Assembly: GCA_963724655.1 (NCBI GenBank)
Contig: CAVRVG010000009.1
Location: 46,555 to 110,554, forward strand
Direction: 5' to 3'
DNA length: 64,000 nucleotides
From: an uncultured Actinomycetes bacterium
GTDB lineage: Bacteria; Actinomycetota; Thermoleophilia; Gaiellales; Gaiellaceae
Shown here one piece after another: positions 1 to 9,380 of this stretch. Within the stretch, counting starts at the first letter, position 1; every line of letters begins with the position of its first letter. Below the pieces are notes generated by a model. The model saw nothing but the letters and a program-made list of their open reading frames with translations. It was not told the DNA's origin and made no database searches. The position numbers and the translations under genes are program-made.

Positions 1-1357
1 GCGAGCTGCGACTACGCCTTCGTGACCGAACCGCAGGAGCACGCCGGAGGCGTCGTCGTGCCCTTGCCCCGGGGACGCGTGCTCGGCGGCTCGAGCGCGT
101 TGAACGGGATGATCTACGTGCGCGGCGCAGCCAGCGACTACGACGACTGGGCATACAACGGCGCCCCGGGCTGGTCGTACGCGGACGTGCTGCCGTTCTT
201 CATCAAGTCCGAGGACTTCGAGGGTGGCGAGTCGGAGTACCACGGCGTCGGCGGCCCGCTCAGGGTCTCGATCAACCACGAGCCGCACCCGCTCACCCCC
301 CTCCTGCTCGCAGCAGCCGCGGAGGCGGGGGTGCCCCTCAACGAGGACTGCAACGGGGCGGAGATCCTCGGGGCCGGCATGGCGCACCTCAACGTCAAGG
401 ATGGTGTCCGCGTCACCTCGTGGACGGCCTTCGTCGCTCCGATTGCAGACAATCCGCAGCTCACCGTCTTCTCCAACGCGCGCGCGACGCGCCTGCTCTT
501 CGAGGGGAAGCGATGCACCGGGGTGGCGATCTCCACCGCGGACGGAGACCGAGGAGCTGCACTCGAGCGCCGACGTGGTCGTCTCGGCCGGCGCCTACCT
601 CTCCCCGCAGCTGCTGCAGCTCAGCGGCATCGGAAACACCCCCGACCTCGAGCGGGTCGGCGTGACTCCGCACCATCATCTTCCCGGTGTCGGCGAGAAC
701 CTCCACGACCATTTCCTCGTGCCGCTCGTGTTCGAGGCGACCGAGCCGCTCGCGCCCCATCGGGCGAACGTCATGGAGGCGCACTTCTTCGCGAAGAGCG
801 ACGAGGGCATGACCGCGCCCGATCTCCAGCCGCTGATGGTTGCGATCTCCCTTCCGGTTCGCGGACGCGAGCTCACCGAGCAGGCGTTCTCGATGCTGCC
901 CGGCGTCATCCGGCCGCTGAGCCGTGGCCACGTCCGGCTGAAGAGCAACGACCCCGAGGCTGCCCCGGCGATCGACTTCCGCTACCTGAGCGAGGCGCAG
1001 GACCTGCGCGCGATCGAGGCGGCAATCGGGCTCTGCCGCGAGATCGCCGCGCAGCCCGCGCTCGCGTCGATCCGCGGCGCTGAGCTCGCCCCGGGCGCCG
1101 ACGTAACGGGCGACGAGCTCCGAACGTACATCGGCGAGCAGCTCCTGACGTACCACCATCCCGTCGGGACGTGCAAGATGGGTCAGGACTCACTCGCCGT
1201 CGTCGACCCGAGGCTTCGCGTACACGGGCTCGAGAACCTTCGGGTCGCCGACGCATCGATCATGCCGGCGGTGCCGTCGGGGAACACGAACGCGCCAAGC
1301 GTCATGATCGGCGAGCGAGCCGCCGACTTCATTCTCCGCGATCGTTCGGGAGGTTGA
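1..1357 (+). CDS. GMC-family (choline dehydrogenase-like) FAD oxidoreductase; 5'-partial, one frameshift near 550
   Basis: Frame 22..1083 gives PRGRVLGGSSALNGMIYVRG and GWSY..VLPFF.KSE. Frame 224..1357 continues with SAGAYLSPQLLQLSGIG, GVGENLHDH, YHHPVGTCKMG, LRVADASIMP and GNTNAP, all GMC motifs. Confidence 0.92.
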
Positions 1358-1361
1358 CCAC

Positions 1362-1755
1362 GTGATCCGTGACGAGCAGTTCGAGGCGGGAGTTGCGCTC
1401 CGACGAAGCATGTTCGGCGCGCGAGGTGACCGACGACCAGCTCGACAACGTGACCGAGCTCGACGACAAGCTGCAGGAGTTCGTGACGCGCCAATGCTTC
1501 GGCGACGTCTGGCAGCGCGACGTGCTCGACACGAAGAGCCGGTCGCTCGTGACCATCGCGATGCTGGTCGCGATGGGTCGTAGCCACGAGATCGGGATCC
1601 ACATGCGAGGCGGCCTGGCCAACGGGCTCACGGTCGAGGAGATCCGCGAGGTGCTCGTGCAGAGCATCATGTACTGCGGGCTCCCGGCGGCCGTCGACGG
1701 CTTCCGGACTCTTGGCGCCATCGTCGCGGAGGGTGCCGATGAGCCCGCCGTCTGA
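1362..1755 (+). CDS. Carboxymuconolactone decarboxylase (CMD/AhpD-like) family protein; frameshift near 1420
   Basis: MIRDEQFEAGVALRRSMFG joins LQEFVTRQCFGDVWQRDVLDTKSRSLVTIAMLVA...H.RGGLANGLT.EEIREVL...YCGLPA, the PcaC-like pattern. Confidence 0.85.
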
Positions 1756-2665
1756 GCCCCTGGTTGGAGTCGTCGGCCTCGGCAGGATGGGCCGGCCGAT
1801 GGCCGCCAACCTCGTTCGCGCAGGCTTTCCGACGATCGGATACGACCTCGACTCAGACGTCACCGGCGCCTTCAGCGCCGAGTTCGGGATCGAGGACGAC
1901 TCTCCGGCGGCGTTCGGCGAAGCGAGCGTCGTCGTCACGATGCTTCCGACCAGCGGCATCGTCGCCGCAGCGCTCGTCGGTGACGACAGCGTCCTCGCAC
2001 CGCACCTGAAGCCGGGGACGCTCGTGATCGACATGAGCTCGTCGCAGCCGCTCGAGACCCTCGAGCTCGGCGAGCGCCTCGACGAGCGCGGCATTCGGCT
2101 GATCGACGCACCGGTCTCGGGCGGCGTTCCCGGCGCGGTCGACGGCAGCCTCACGATCATGGTCGGAGCCGACGACGACGCCGACGCGGAGGAGGCAACT
2201 CCGGTGCTCGAGGTGCTCGGAAGCAGGATCTTCCGCGCCGGTGGGCTCGGGCGCAGGGCACGCCCTGAAGGCGCTGAACAACTTCGTCGGGGCGAGCGGG
2301 TTCGCCGCAGCCTGCGAGGCGCTGCTGGTGGCCGAGAGCTACGGGCTCGACCCGGAGGTGTTCCTCGACGTCCTCAACGTCTCGACGGGGCGCAACTTCA
2401 GCACCCACTTCACGCTCCCGACGGCGGTGCTGACGGGGGAGTTCAACACCGGCTTCTCGCTTGCGCTGATGACGAAGGATGTCGGGATCGCCGCCACGCT
2501 GGCGCACGGGCTCGGTCAGCCGGCGGTCGTCGCCGACACCGTGCACGATCGGCTCCAGGCCGCCCTCGACGCGCTCGGCCCGAGGTCGACCACTCCGCCG
2601 CGATCAAGCACTGGAGTGGTGATCCCGCCTATCGGGACGCCGGCGCCGGCGAGAACGTCGGCTAG
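1739..2665 (+). CDS. NAD(P)-dependent oxidoreductase, 3-hydroxyisobutyrate dehydrogenase family; frameshifts near 2250 and 2580
   Basis: VGVVGLGRMGRPMAANL Rossmann motif, IDMSS, DAPVSGG and GSLTIMVG; the second frame carries GAGHALKALNN with the catalytic Lys. Confidence 0.88.
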   Translation: MSPPSEPLVGVVGLGRMGRPMAANLVRAGFPTIGYDLDSDVTGAFSAEFGIEDDSPAAFGEASVVVTMLPTSGIVAAALVGDDSVLAPHLKPGTLVIDMSSSQPLETLELGERLDERGIRLIDAPVSGGVPGAVDGSLTIMVGADDDADAEEATPVLEVLGSRIFRAGGLGRRARPEGAEQLRRGERVRRSLRGAAGGRELRARPGGVPRRPQRLDGAQLQHPLHAPDGGADGGVQHRLLACADDEGCRDRRHAGARARSAGGRRRHRARSAPGRPRRARPEVDHSAAIKHWSGDPAYRDAGAGENVG

Positions 2666-2745
2666 CGAACGCTCTCTTGGCGTCAGCGTCGCGCCTCTGC
2701 GATGCTGACACTCGCCATGCTCACGAGACTGGAGATGCAGACCGG

Positions 2746-4551
2746 ATGAGCAACCAATTCCCCAGCCCCTACGAGATCGAGACGCCCGCCGGAGCCGAGG
2801 GCTGGGAAGAGATGTATCCGTACTACGCTCGCTTCGACGATGACCGGCGCGAGGCCGACGAGCAGCGCTTCTGGTTCTGGAACTCGATGCACTTCCCGGT
2901 GCCGATGCCCGCTTTCGACGCGATCTGCATCGACACGGCATACCAGGCGCTCGCCACCTGGCAGAACCGGGTCTTCGCAGTGCCGCCGGCGATGGGCATC
3001 GACTGGCGCTGCATCAACGGCTACATCTACATCTCCGGAAACCCCGTCACCGACCCCGCGAAGATCGCCGAGCGCGCCGGGTTCTTCCAGGAGCGCGCGG
3101 GGTACTACTACGCGAACTGGGACGACCTCTACGCGAAGTGGCGCACGAAGATGGACGCGCTGATCGAGGAGCTCGATGCGCTGGAGGTGCCGCAGCTCCA
3201 CGAGTACGAGCCGATCGAGATCGCCTTCGAAGATCAGGAGACGAGCTACTGCGCCGTCCTCGACGCATACCGGCGGGCACTCAGGCTCCACGACCTGATG
3301 TGGCAGAACCATTTCGAGTTCCTGCTCCTCGGCTACGGCGCCTACATGACCTTCGCCGAGCTCTGCAAGGCCAACCTGCCGGACATCCCCGATCAGCACA
3401 TCGCGCAGATGGTCGCCGGGCTCGACGTCCTTCTCTTCAAACCGGATGCCGAGCTCCGCAGACTGGCGCGGCTCGCGATCGACACGGGGGTCGACGCGGC
3501 GTTCACCGAGGGTCGCTCGCCGCAGGAGATCGACGCCGACCTGGCCGAGAGCGACGCCGGCCGCGCCTGGCTCGCGGAGCTCGAGAGCGTCAAGGACCCG
3601 TGGTTCCATATGGCGACAGGTGACGGCCTCTACCACACGTACGGCTCCTGGTTCGACGATCCGACGATTCCCTACGCCTCGCTGATCGGTTACGTCGCTG
3701 CGCTCAACGCGGGTGAGAACATCGAGCGCCCAACGGATCACATCGCGCTCGAGCGCGATCGCCTTGCGACCGAATACGCCGAGCTCCTCGGCGACGATGC
3801 CCGGAAGGGGTTCGACGAGCTGCTCGCTCTCTCGCGAACGGTCTTTCCGTACGTCGAGGAGCACAAGTTCATCTGCGACTACTGGTTCCTGACGAGCTGG
3901 TGGAACAAGATCCGCGAGTTCGGCGACCTCCTGGTGGCGCACGGCTTCCTCGACGACCGCGACGGCATCTTCCAGCTGTCCCGCCTCGAGGTGAGCTCCG
4001 CGATCGACGAGCTCCTGCTGACGTGGGCGACCGGTGGACAGCCGCGCGGCCCGAAGTACTGGCCACCGATCGTCGCGAAGCGGAGGGAGCTACTCGAGCG
4101 GCTTGCCGATTGGACGCCGCCTCCGGCGGTCGGCGCCGTGCCCGAGGTGATGATGGATCCCGCGCTGATCATGCTCTGGGGCGTCACGACCGAACGAATC
4201 CACGAATGGGCGCGAAACGAGGAGGGCGGCTCCGAACTCCGCGGCACGGCAGCCTCGCCGGGAGTCGTTGAAGGTCTTGCCCGCGTCGTCAAGACAGCCC
4301 GCGAGATCGGCGACGTCCGCGACGGCGAAATCCTTGTCTGCAGCATCACGTCTCCCGCCTGGGCACCGATCTTCTCGAAGATCCAGGCCGCGGTCACCGA
4401 TATCGGCGGCGTCATGTCCCATGCTGCGATCGTCTGCCGCGAGTACGGCCTACCGGCCGTGGTCGGCACCGGCCGCGCGACCTCGCAAATCAGCACCGGC
4501 CAGCGCATCCGCGTCGACGGCACGGCGGGAACGGTGACGATCCTCGAGTGA
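2746..4551 (+). CDS. PEP-utilising enzyme (substrate-binding plus phospho-His swivel domain); phenylphosphate-synthase subunit A / AcvA-like aryl kinase subunit
   Basis: C-terminal LRGTAASPGVVEG...TSPAW...VTDIGGVMSHAAIVCREYGLPAVVG...VDG swivel domain; long helical N-terminal region; no ATP-grasp domain. ATG at 2746 follows GGAG. Confidence 0.88.
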   Translation: MSNQFPSPYEIETPAGAEGWEEMYPYYARFDDDRREADEQRFWFWNSMHFPVPMPAFDAICIDTAYQALATWQNRVFAVPPAMGIDWRCINGYIYISGNPVTDPAKIAERAGFFQERAGYYYANWDDLYAKWRTKMDALIEELDALEVPQLHEYEPIEIAFEDQETSYCAVLDAYRRALRLHDLMWQNHFEFLLLGYGAYMTFAELCKANLPDIPDQHIAQMVAGLDVLLFKPDAELRRLARLAIDTGVDAAFTEGRSPQEIDADLAESDAGRAWLAELESVKDPWFHMATGDGLYHTYGSWFDDPTIPYASLIGYVAALNAGENIERPTDHIALERDRLATEYAELLGDDARKGFDELLALSRTVFPYVEEHKFICDYWFLTSWWNKIREFGDLLVAHGFLDDRDGIFQLSRLEVSSAIDELLLTWATGGQPRGPKYWPPIVAKRRELLERLADWTPPPAVGAVPEVMMDPALIMLWGVTTERIHEWARNEEGGSELRGTAASPGVVEGLARVVKTAREIGDVRDGEILVCSITSPAWAPIFSKIQAAVTDIGGVMSHAAIVCREYGLPAVVGTGRATSQISTGQRIRVDGTAGTVTILE

Positions 4552-5618
4552 GCAGCGCGCTTCATACCCTTCGCCTGGCCGAACTGCGCCACGAGCACAG
4601 TGCATCGTTCGGGGGCAAGAGCTCGAGCCTCGGTGAGCTGATCGCGGCGGAGATCCCCGTCCCTCCCGGCTTCGCCGTGTCCACGACGGCATTCCATGCG
4701 TTCGTCGACGAGGCAGGGCTCGAGGGCATGATCGCCGCCGAGACGACACGGATGTCACCGGACGACGTCGACTCCGTCGGCGCGGCGTCGCATGCGATCA
4801 GCGAGGCGATGCGGTCTGCGCCGGTGCCGGACGCTGTCCGTGAAGAGGTCGCTCGGCGCTACACGGAGCTGGCAGAGCAGGCCGGCATCGACGAGCCACC
4901 GGTCGCGGTGCGGTCGAGCGCGCTCGGGGAGGACAGCCAGGATGCAACCTTCGCGGGGCAGCAGGAGACCTACCTCTGGGTACACGGCGCTGATCACGTA
5001 TGCGACGCCGTGCGCAACTGCTGGGTGAGCCTCTACGGCGTGCCGGCGATGGCGTACCGCGCCCGTCTCGCGCAGGCGCCGGGAGAGCCGGCGATGGGCG
5101 TCGCAGTCCAGCTGATGGTGGATGCCGAGGTGTCGGGCGTGATGTTCACCTGCAACCCGGTGACCGGCGACCCGAGCATGGTGGCCGTGAACGCGAGCTG
5201 GGGGCTCGGCCTCTCGGTGGTCGGAGGTGAGGTGACGCCCGACGACTACCTGGTCAGCAAGGTCACGGGTGAGGTCGTGCGCGAGCACGTCCATGCCAAG
5301 GACGTCGAATACGTGCCCGACACACGCGGCCGTGGCGCAGTCCGGGTCGACGTGCCCGAGGAGCGACGTGATACCCCGTGCCTCGACCGGCCGGCGCTCG
5401 ATGCGCTCGTCGAGCTCGGCCGACGCATCGAGCGCTACTTCGGCTCCCATCAGGACGTCGAATGGGCGATCGCGAGAGGACAGGACCTTCCGGGAAGCCT
5501 GTTCATCGTCCAGTCGCGGCCGGTGACCGCGCTTCCGCAGCGTGGCCCGCAGCCGAGTCACGACTCCGCGATGGCGCTCGTCATGAGCATGTTCGGCGCC
5601 GGCGAGACCAAGAGGTAG
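4548..5618 (+). CDS. PEP/pyruvate-binding (ATP-grasp) domain protein, PPDK/PEP-synthase N-terminal type; phenylphosphate-synthase subunit B / AcvB-like
   Basis: GGKSSSLGEL, VPPGF, VAVRSSALGEDS..ATFAGQQETYL, SGVMFT.NPVTG, ASWGLG.SVVGGEVTPD, QDVEWA, VQSRPVT. GTGA overlap with the upstream gene. Confidence 0.9.
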   Translation: MSSALHTLRLAELRHEHSASFGGKSSSLGELIAAEIPVPPGFAVSTTAFHAFVDEAGLEGMIAAETTRMSPDDVDSVGAASHAISEAMRSAPVPDAVREEVARRYTELAEQAGIDEPPVAVRSSALGEDSQDATFAGQQETYLWVHGADHVCDAVRNCWVSLYGVPAMAYRARLAQAPGEPAMGVAVQLMVDAEVSGVMFTCNPVTGDPSMVAVNASWGLGLSVVGGEVTPDDYLVSKVTGEVVREHVHAKDVEYVPDTRGRGAVRVDVPEERRDTPCLDRPALDALVELGRRIERYFGSHQDVEWAIARGQDLPGSLFIVQSRPVTALPQRGPQPSHDSAMALVMSMFGAGETKR

Positions 5619-5624
5619 CTGCCG

Positions 5625-6068
5625 ATGGCCCTGAGCGACGACGACGTCCGCGAGATCCTGCGGATGATCGACGAGTCCGATCTCGACGAGCTCCGGATCG
5701 AGACGGACGGCCTGTCCCTGCATCTCGTGCGCGGCGGTGTCGCTCCCATCGCCGTGCCGGAGCCTGAACGGCGTGCCTCGAAGCCCGGGCCGGCCGTGCA
5801 GGCCGCCGCGCCTGCGAGCCCGGAGGACGGGCTCGCGATCGTTTCGCCGACGGTCGGCACCTTCTACCGTGCCCCGGCTCCCGGCGAGCCGCCGTTCGTC
5901 GAGGTCGGCACGCGCGTCGAGCCCGACACGATCGTTTGCATCATCGAAGTGATGAAGATGATGAATTCGGTACCCGCCGGGATCGCGGGCACCATCGCCG
6001 CACTGCACGTCGAGAACGCGCAGCCCGTCGAGTACGGTCAGCTGCTCTTCCGCGTGGAGGCCGGATGA
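5625..6068 (+). CDS. accB: Biotin carboxyl carrier protein
   Basis: SPTVGTFYRAP.PG..PFVEVG, biotinylation motif IIEVMKMMN and VEYGQLLF; AccB-type N-terminal domain with Ala/Pro linker; GAGG RBS. Confidence 0.92.
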   Translation: MALSDDDVREILRMIDESDLDELRIETDGLSLHLVRGGVAPIAVPEPERRASKPGPAVQAAAPASPEDGLAIVSPTVGTFYRAPAPGEPPFVEVGTRVEPDTIVCIIEVMKMMNSVPAGIAGTIAALHVENAQPVEYGQLLFRVEAG

Positions 6069-7537
6069 CGCGCGTCGTCGACATCGTCGACACGACGACC
6101 CGCGACGGCAACCAGAGCCTCTGGGGCGCAACCGGCCTGACCGCAGGCGACACCCTGGCGATCGCGCCCACGCTGGAGCGCGTCGGTTATCACGCGCTCG
6201 ACTTCACCTCGAGCACGCACATGTCGGTGTCGGTGCGGTTCCATCGCGAGGACCCGTGGGAGCTGATCCGGCTGATGCGGGCGGCGATGCCGAATACGCT
6301 CCTCAACTTCATCACGACCGGGATGCGCTTCATCGCCTGGCAGCCGTGTGACGAGGAGGTCATGCGGCTCGCCTTCCGCTGCGTCGTGCGCAACGGGATC
6401 CGGCGCTTCCAGTTCGCGGAGCCGGCCAACGACCCGGAGGCGCTCCGTCGCGTCGCCCGGATGGCGCGGGAGGAAGGTGTCGAGGAGATCGTGGTCGGGC
6501 TCACCTACTCCATCAGCCCGGTGCACACCCACGCCTACTACACCGAGCGGGTGGCGGCGCTCGCCGACTGCGCCGACATCGACCGCTTCTACCTCAAGGA
6601 CCCGGGCGGCCTGCTGACGACCGACGCCGTGCGCGACCTGGCCCCGCACTTCGTCGCGACCGGGCGGACGATCGAGCTGCACAGCCACTGCACGATCGGG
6701 CTCGCGCCGGTCGTCTACATGGCAGGGCTGGAAGCCGGCTTCAACGTGCTCCACACGGCGATCGGTCCGGCAGGCAACGGGACGTCCCAGCCGACGGTCG
6801 AGTCGACCCTGCGGAACCTCGAGGCGGAGGGGTACGAGCACGGGCTGGATACAGAAGCACTCGGCCACGCCGGCGAGTACTTCCGCGAGCTCGTCCGCGT
6901 GAAGGGCCTGCCACCGGGCATGCCGCGCGAGTACGACGCCGCCTACTACCACCACCAGCTACCCGGCGGGATGGTGACCACCACGCGGCGGATGCTGGGC
7001 GAGATCGGCCGTCCGGAGCTCTACGACGCCGTGCTGGACGAAGTGGTGCGCGTGCGGGCGGAGATGGGATACCCGATTCTCGTCACGCCGGTCTCCCAGC
7101 TCGTCGCCTACCAGGCGACGCGCAACGTGATCGACCCCGAGCGCTGGGTCAACGTCTCGGACGAGACGGTGCGCTACTTCCTGGGTCACTACGGCGACTT
7201 CGCCGCGCCACCCGATCCAGACGTGGTCGACCGCGTCCTGTCGCTTCCGAAGGTCGAGGGGTTGCGTAACGCGCAGCCGGTCAGCCTCGAGGGAGCCCGC
7301 GCGCGCTTCGGCGACCGGATCTCGGACGAGGAGCTCCTGTTGCGGCTGACGATGCCGGGGGAGCAGGTTGACGCGATGCGCGCCTCGCCGACGATCGCCG
7401 AACGACCGGTGCGCGCGCCCATCACCGGCGGCGACCCGCTCGTCCGCCTCCTGCGGGAGGTCGAGCGGCGGCGCTCGATCTCATACCTCCGCGTCCGCAA
7501 GGGCGACGATCTCGTGGTGTGGCGCCGTGCCTCTTGA
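6065..7537 (+). CDS. Pyruvate-carboxylase-B / OadA-like carboxyltransferase (TIM barrel) without its own biotinyl domain
   Basis: DTTTRDGNQSLW, YLKDPGGLL, ELHSHCTIG (HxH metal site), HQLPGGM, MGYPILVTPVSQ. ATGA overlap with the accB stop. Confidence 0.88.
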   Translation: MTRVVDIVDTTTRDGNQSLWGATGLTAGDTLAIAPTLERVGYHALDFTSSTHMSVSVRFHREDPWELIRLMRAAMPNTLLNFITTGMRFIAWQPCDEEVMRLAFRCVVRNGIRRFQFAEPANDPEALRRVARMAREEGVEEIVVGLTYSISPVHTHAYYTERVAALADCADIDRFYLKDPGGLLTTDAVRDLAPHFVATGRTIELHSHCTIGLAPVVYMAGLEAGFNVLHTAIGPAGNGTSQPTVESTLRNLEAEGYEHGLDTEALGHAGEYFRELVRVKGLPPGMPREYDAAYYHHQLPGGMVTTTRRMLGEIGRPELYDAVLDEVVRVRAEMGYPILVTPVSQLVAYQATRNVIDPERWVNVSDETVRYFLGHYGDFAAPPDPDVVDRVLSLPKVEGLRNAQPVSLEGARARFGDRISDEELLLRLTMPGEQVDAMRASPTIAERPVRAPITGGDPLVRLLREVERRRSISYLRVRKGDDLVVWRRAS

Positions 7538-8336
7538 GGACGTCCGCGGTTTCGTCTTCGACATCGACGGCACGGTCGTCCACCGGGCCGGCGACGAGAT
7601 GCACGTCATCCCCGGCGCGCAGGAGGTGCTCGAGCGGGTCGCCGCATCCGGGCGCCCGTACGCGCTCTTCACCAACGGCAGCCACCTGCCGCCCGCCGCA
7701 TTCGCGCGCGAGCTGCGAGCGGTCGGGCTACCGGTGGAAGACGAGCAGGTCCTGACGCCGCTTTGCTCTGCGCAGACGTACCTCGACCGTTTCCGCAGGG
7801 AAGCGAGCGTCCTTCCCTTCGCGACCGAGGCAGCACGTGCGTACCTCCAAGAGGCCGGCGTTCACCTTGTCGACGGTCGCAACGGCGCGCACATCGACGC
7901 GGTGCTCGTCGCGCACACCGACGAGATCGACTTCGACCAGCTCGAGCTCGCCGCTCGCGCCGTCATCGCAGGTGCGCGCCTGCTCGTCGGCAGCTACGTT
8001 CCGGCCTATGCGGGCGCAAACGGACCGATTCTGAGCCGCGGCGCAATGGTCACCGCCGCTATCGCGAAGGCAAGCAGTGCGCGGCCAATCGTCGTTGGCA
8101 AGCCCTCGCGCGCAGCGGTGCGCGAGATGGAGCGACGGCTCGGCCTGCCGGCGAAGGAGATTGCAGTCGTCGGTGACGACGTCCGCCTGGAGGTGGCGCT
8201 CGGCCGACTCGGCGGCTCGAAGACGATCCTCGTCCGCAGTGGCATCAGCGCCTCTCTCGACCTGACTCGCGTTCCAGAGGCGCAGCGGCCGGACCTGACC
8301 ATCGACAGCGTGGCGGAGCTGCTCCCATGGCTCTAG
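7527..8336 (+). CDS. HAD-IIA (NagD-like) phosphatase
   Basis: FDIDGT motif I, FTN motif II, VGKPS motif III, VVGDD motif IV; overlaps the upstream stop. Confidence 0.88.
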   Translation: MPLEDVRGFVFDIDGTVVHRAGDEMHVIPGAQEVLERVAASGRPYALFTNGSHLPPAAFARELRAVGLPVEDEQVLTPLCSAQTYLDRFRREASVLPFATEAARAYLQEAGVHLVDGRNGAHIDAVLVAHTDEIDFDQLELAARAVIAGARLLVGSYVPAYAGANGPILSRGAMVTAAIAKASSARPIVVGKPSRAAVREMERRLGLPAKEIAVVGDDVRLEVALGRLGGSKTILVRSGISASLDLTRVPEAQRPDLTIDSVAELLPWL

Positions 8337-9262
8337 CGGTCTCGATCGCGGAACCGGGAGGGCCGGACGTCGTGGGCGTCATCGAGCGCAACGTCCCGGA
8401 CCCGGGGAGCGGCGAGGTTCGAGTCGCAGTCAGAGCTGCCGCTGTGCATCCGTCCGACGTCGCATTCCGTGAGCGCGGGATCCAGGGTGTGGCGCCCCCG
8501 TGGGTGCCGGGGTGGGATGCCGCCGGGACGGTGGAGGCGGTCGGCCCGGACGTCGATGCTCTCGCGGTCGGCGAGGCTGTGATGGTCGTGGTCTCGCCGC
8601 GACGCCCCGAAGGCGGAGCACAGTCAGAGCTTCTCGTCGCGCCGGCGACGTCCGTCGTCCCGCTCCCCGCAGGCGCCACGTTCGAGCAGGCGTCGACGCT
8701 GCCGATGAACGGCCTGACGGCGCTGCGTGGCCTGGAGCTCCTCGACCTCCCTCCGGCGTCGACGCTGCTCGTCACCGGCGGCGCAGGCCTGCTCGCCTCC
8801 TATGCGATCCCGCTCGCGAAGCGCGCGGGGCTTCGCGTCCTGGCCGACGCGAGCCCAGCCGACAGGGAGTTCGTGCTCGGGCTCGGTGCCGAGGTCGTGT
8901 TGCCACGGGGCGACGGCCTCGTCGCGTCTGTTCGCGACGCGGTTCCCGAAGGCGTCGACGCGGTCTTCGACACCGCGCTGCTCGGCCGTGCGATCTTCCC
9001 GGCGATCCGAGAAGGGGGCGCACTCGTCTTCGTCAGGACCTGGGATGGAGCTGAGATCGAGGACGGCATCGCGATCCACCCCGTCTGGGTCGGCGACGTG
9101 CTCGAGCGCACGGAGTGGCTTCGGGAGCTGAGCCAGCTCGCGGGAGAGGGTGTGCTCGAGCTGCGCGTCGCCGCAACGTTCCCGCCCGAGCGGGCTGCGG
9201 ACGCGCATCGGCTGATGGAGGCCGGCGGATTGCGCGGGCGTGCAGTCGTGGTCTTCGACTGA
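8327..9262 (+). CDS. NADP-dependent MDR-family (quinone reductase-like) oxidoreductase
   Basis: PGSGEVRVAVRAAAVHPSD, PGWDAAGTVEAVG, LLVTGGAG, GVDAVFD, GGLRGRAVV; no Zn-binding Cys set. Confidence 0.85.
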   Translation: MALAVSIAEPGGPDVVGVIERNVPDPGSGEVRVAVRAAAVHPSDVAFRERGIQGVAPPWVPGWDAAGTVEAVGPDVDALAVGEAVMVVVSPRRPEGGAQSELLVAPATSVVPLPAGATFEQASTLPMNGLTALRGLELLDLPPASTLLVTGGAGLLASYAIPLAKRAGLRVLADASPADREFVLGLGAEVVLPRGDGLVASVRDAVPEGVDAVFDTALLGRAIFPAIREGGALVFVRTWDGAEIEDGIAIHPVWVGDVLERTEWLRELSQLAGEGVLELRVAATFPPERAADAHRLMEAGGLRGRAVVVFD

Positions 9263-9380
9263 GAATCTCGAGCACCAGCGAGGTCGTACGCCTTCTCGAC
9301 TGACTGCCCCTGATGCGGTAGCGGCGCCCGTCGACGAGCTCCAGCTCAGGGAGTACTCAACTCGTGCGTGTGCTAGCCGA

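Noticed and set aside
2746-7537. Housekeeping PEP synthase plus pyruvate carboxylase / oxaloacetate decarboxylase
   Set aside because: The pyruvate-binding TIM barrel of PpsA/PPDK is absent, there are no OadB/OadG or PycA genes, and the context is aromatic catabolism.
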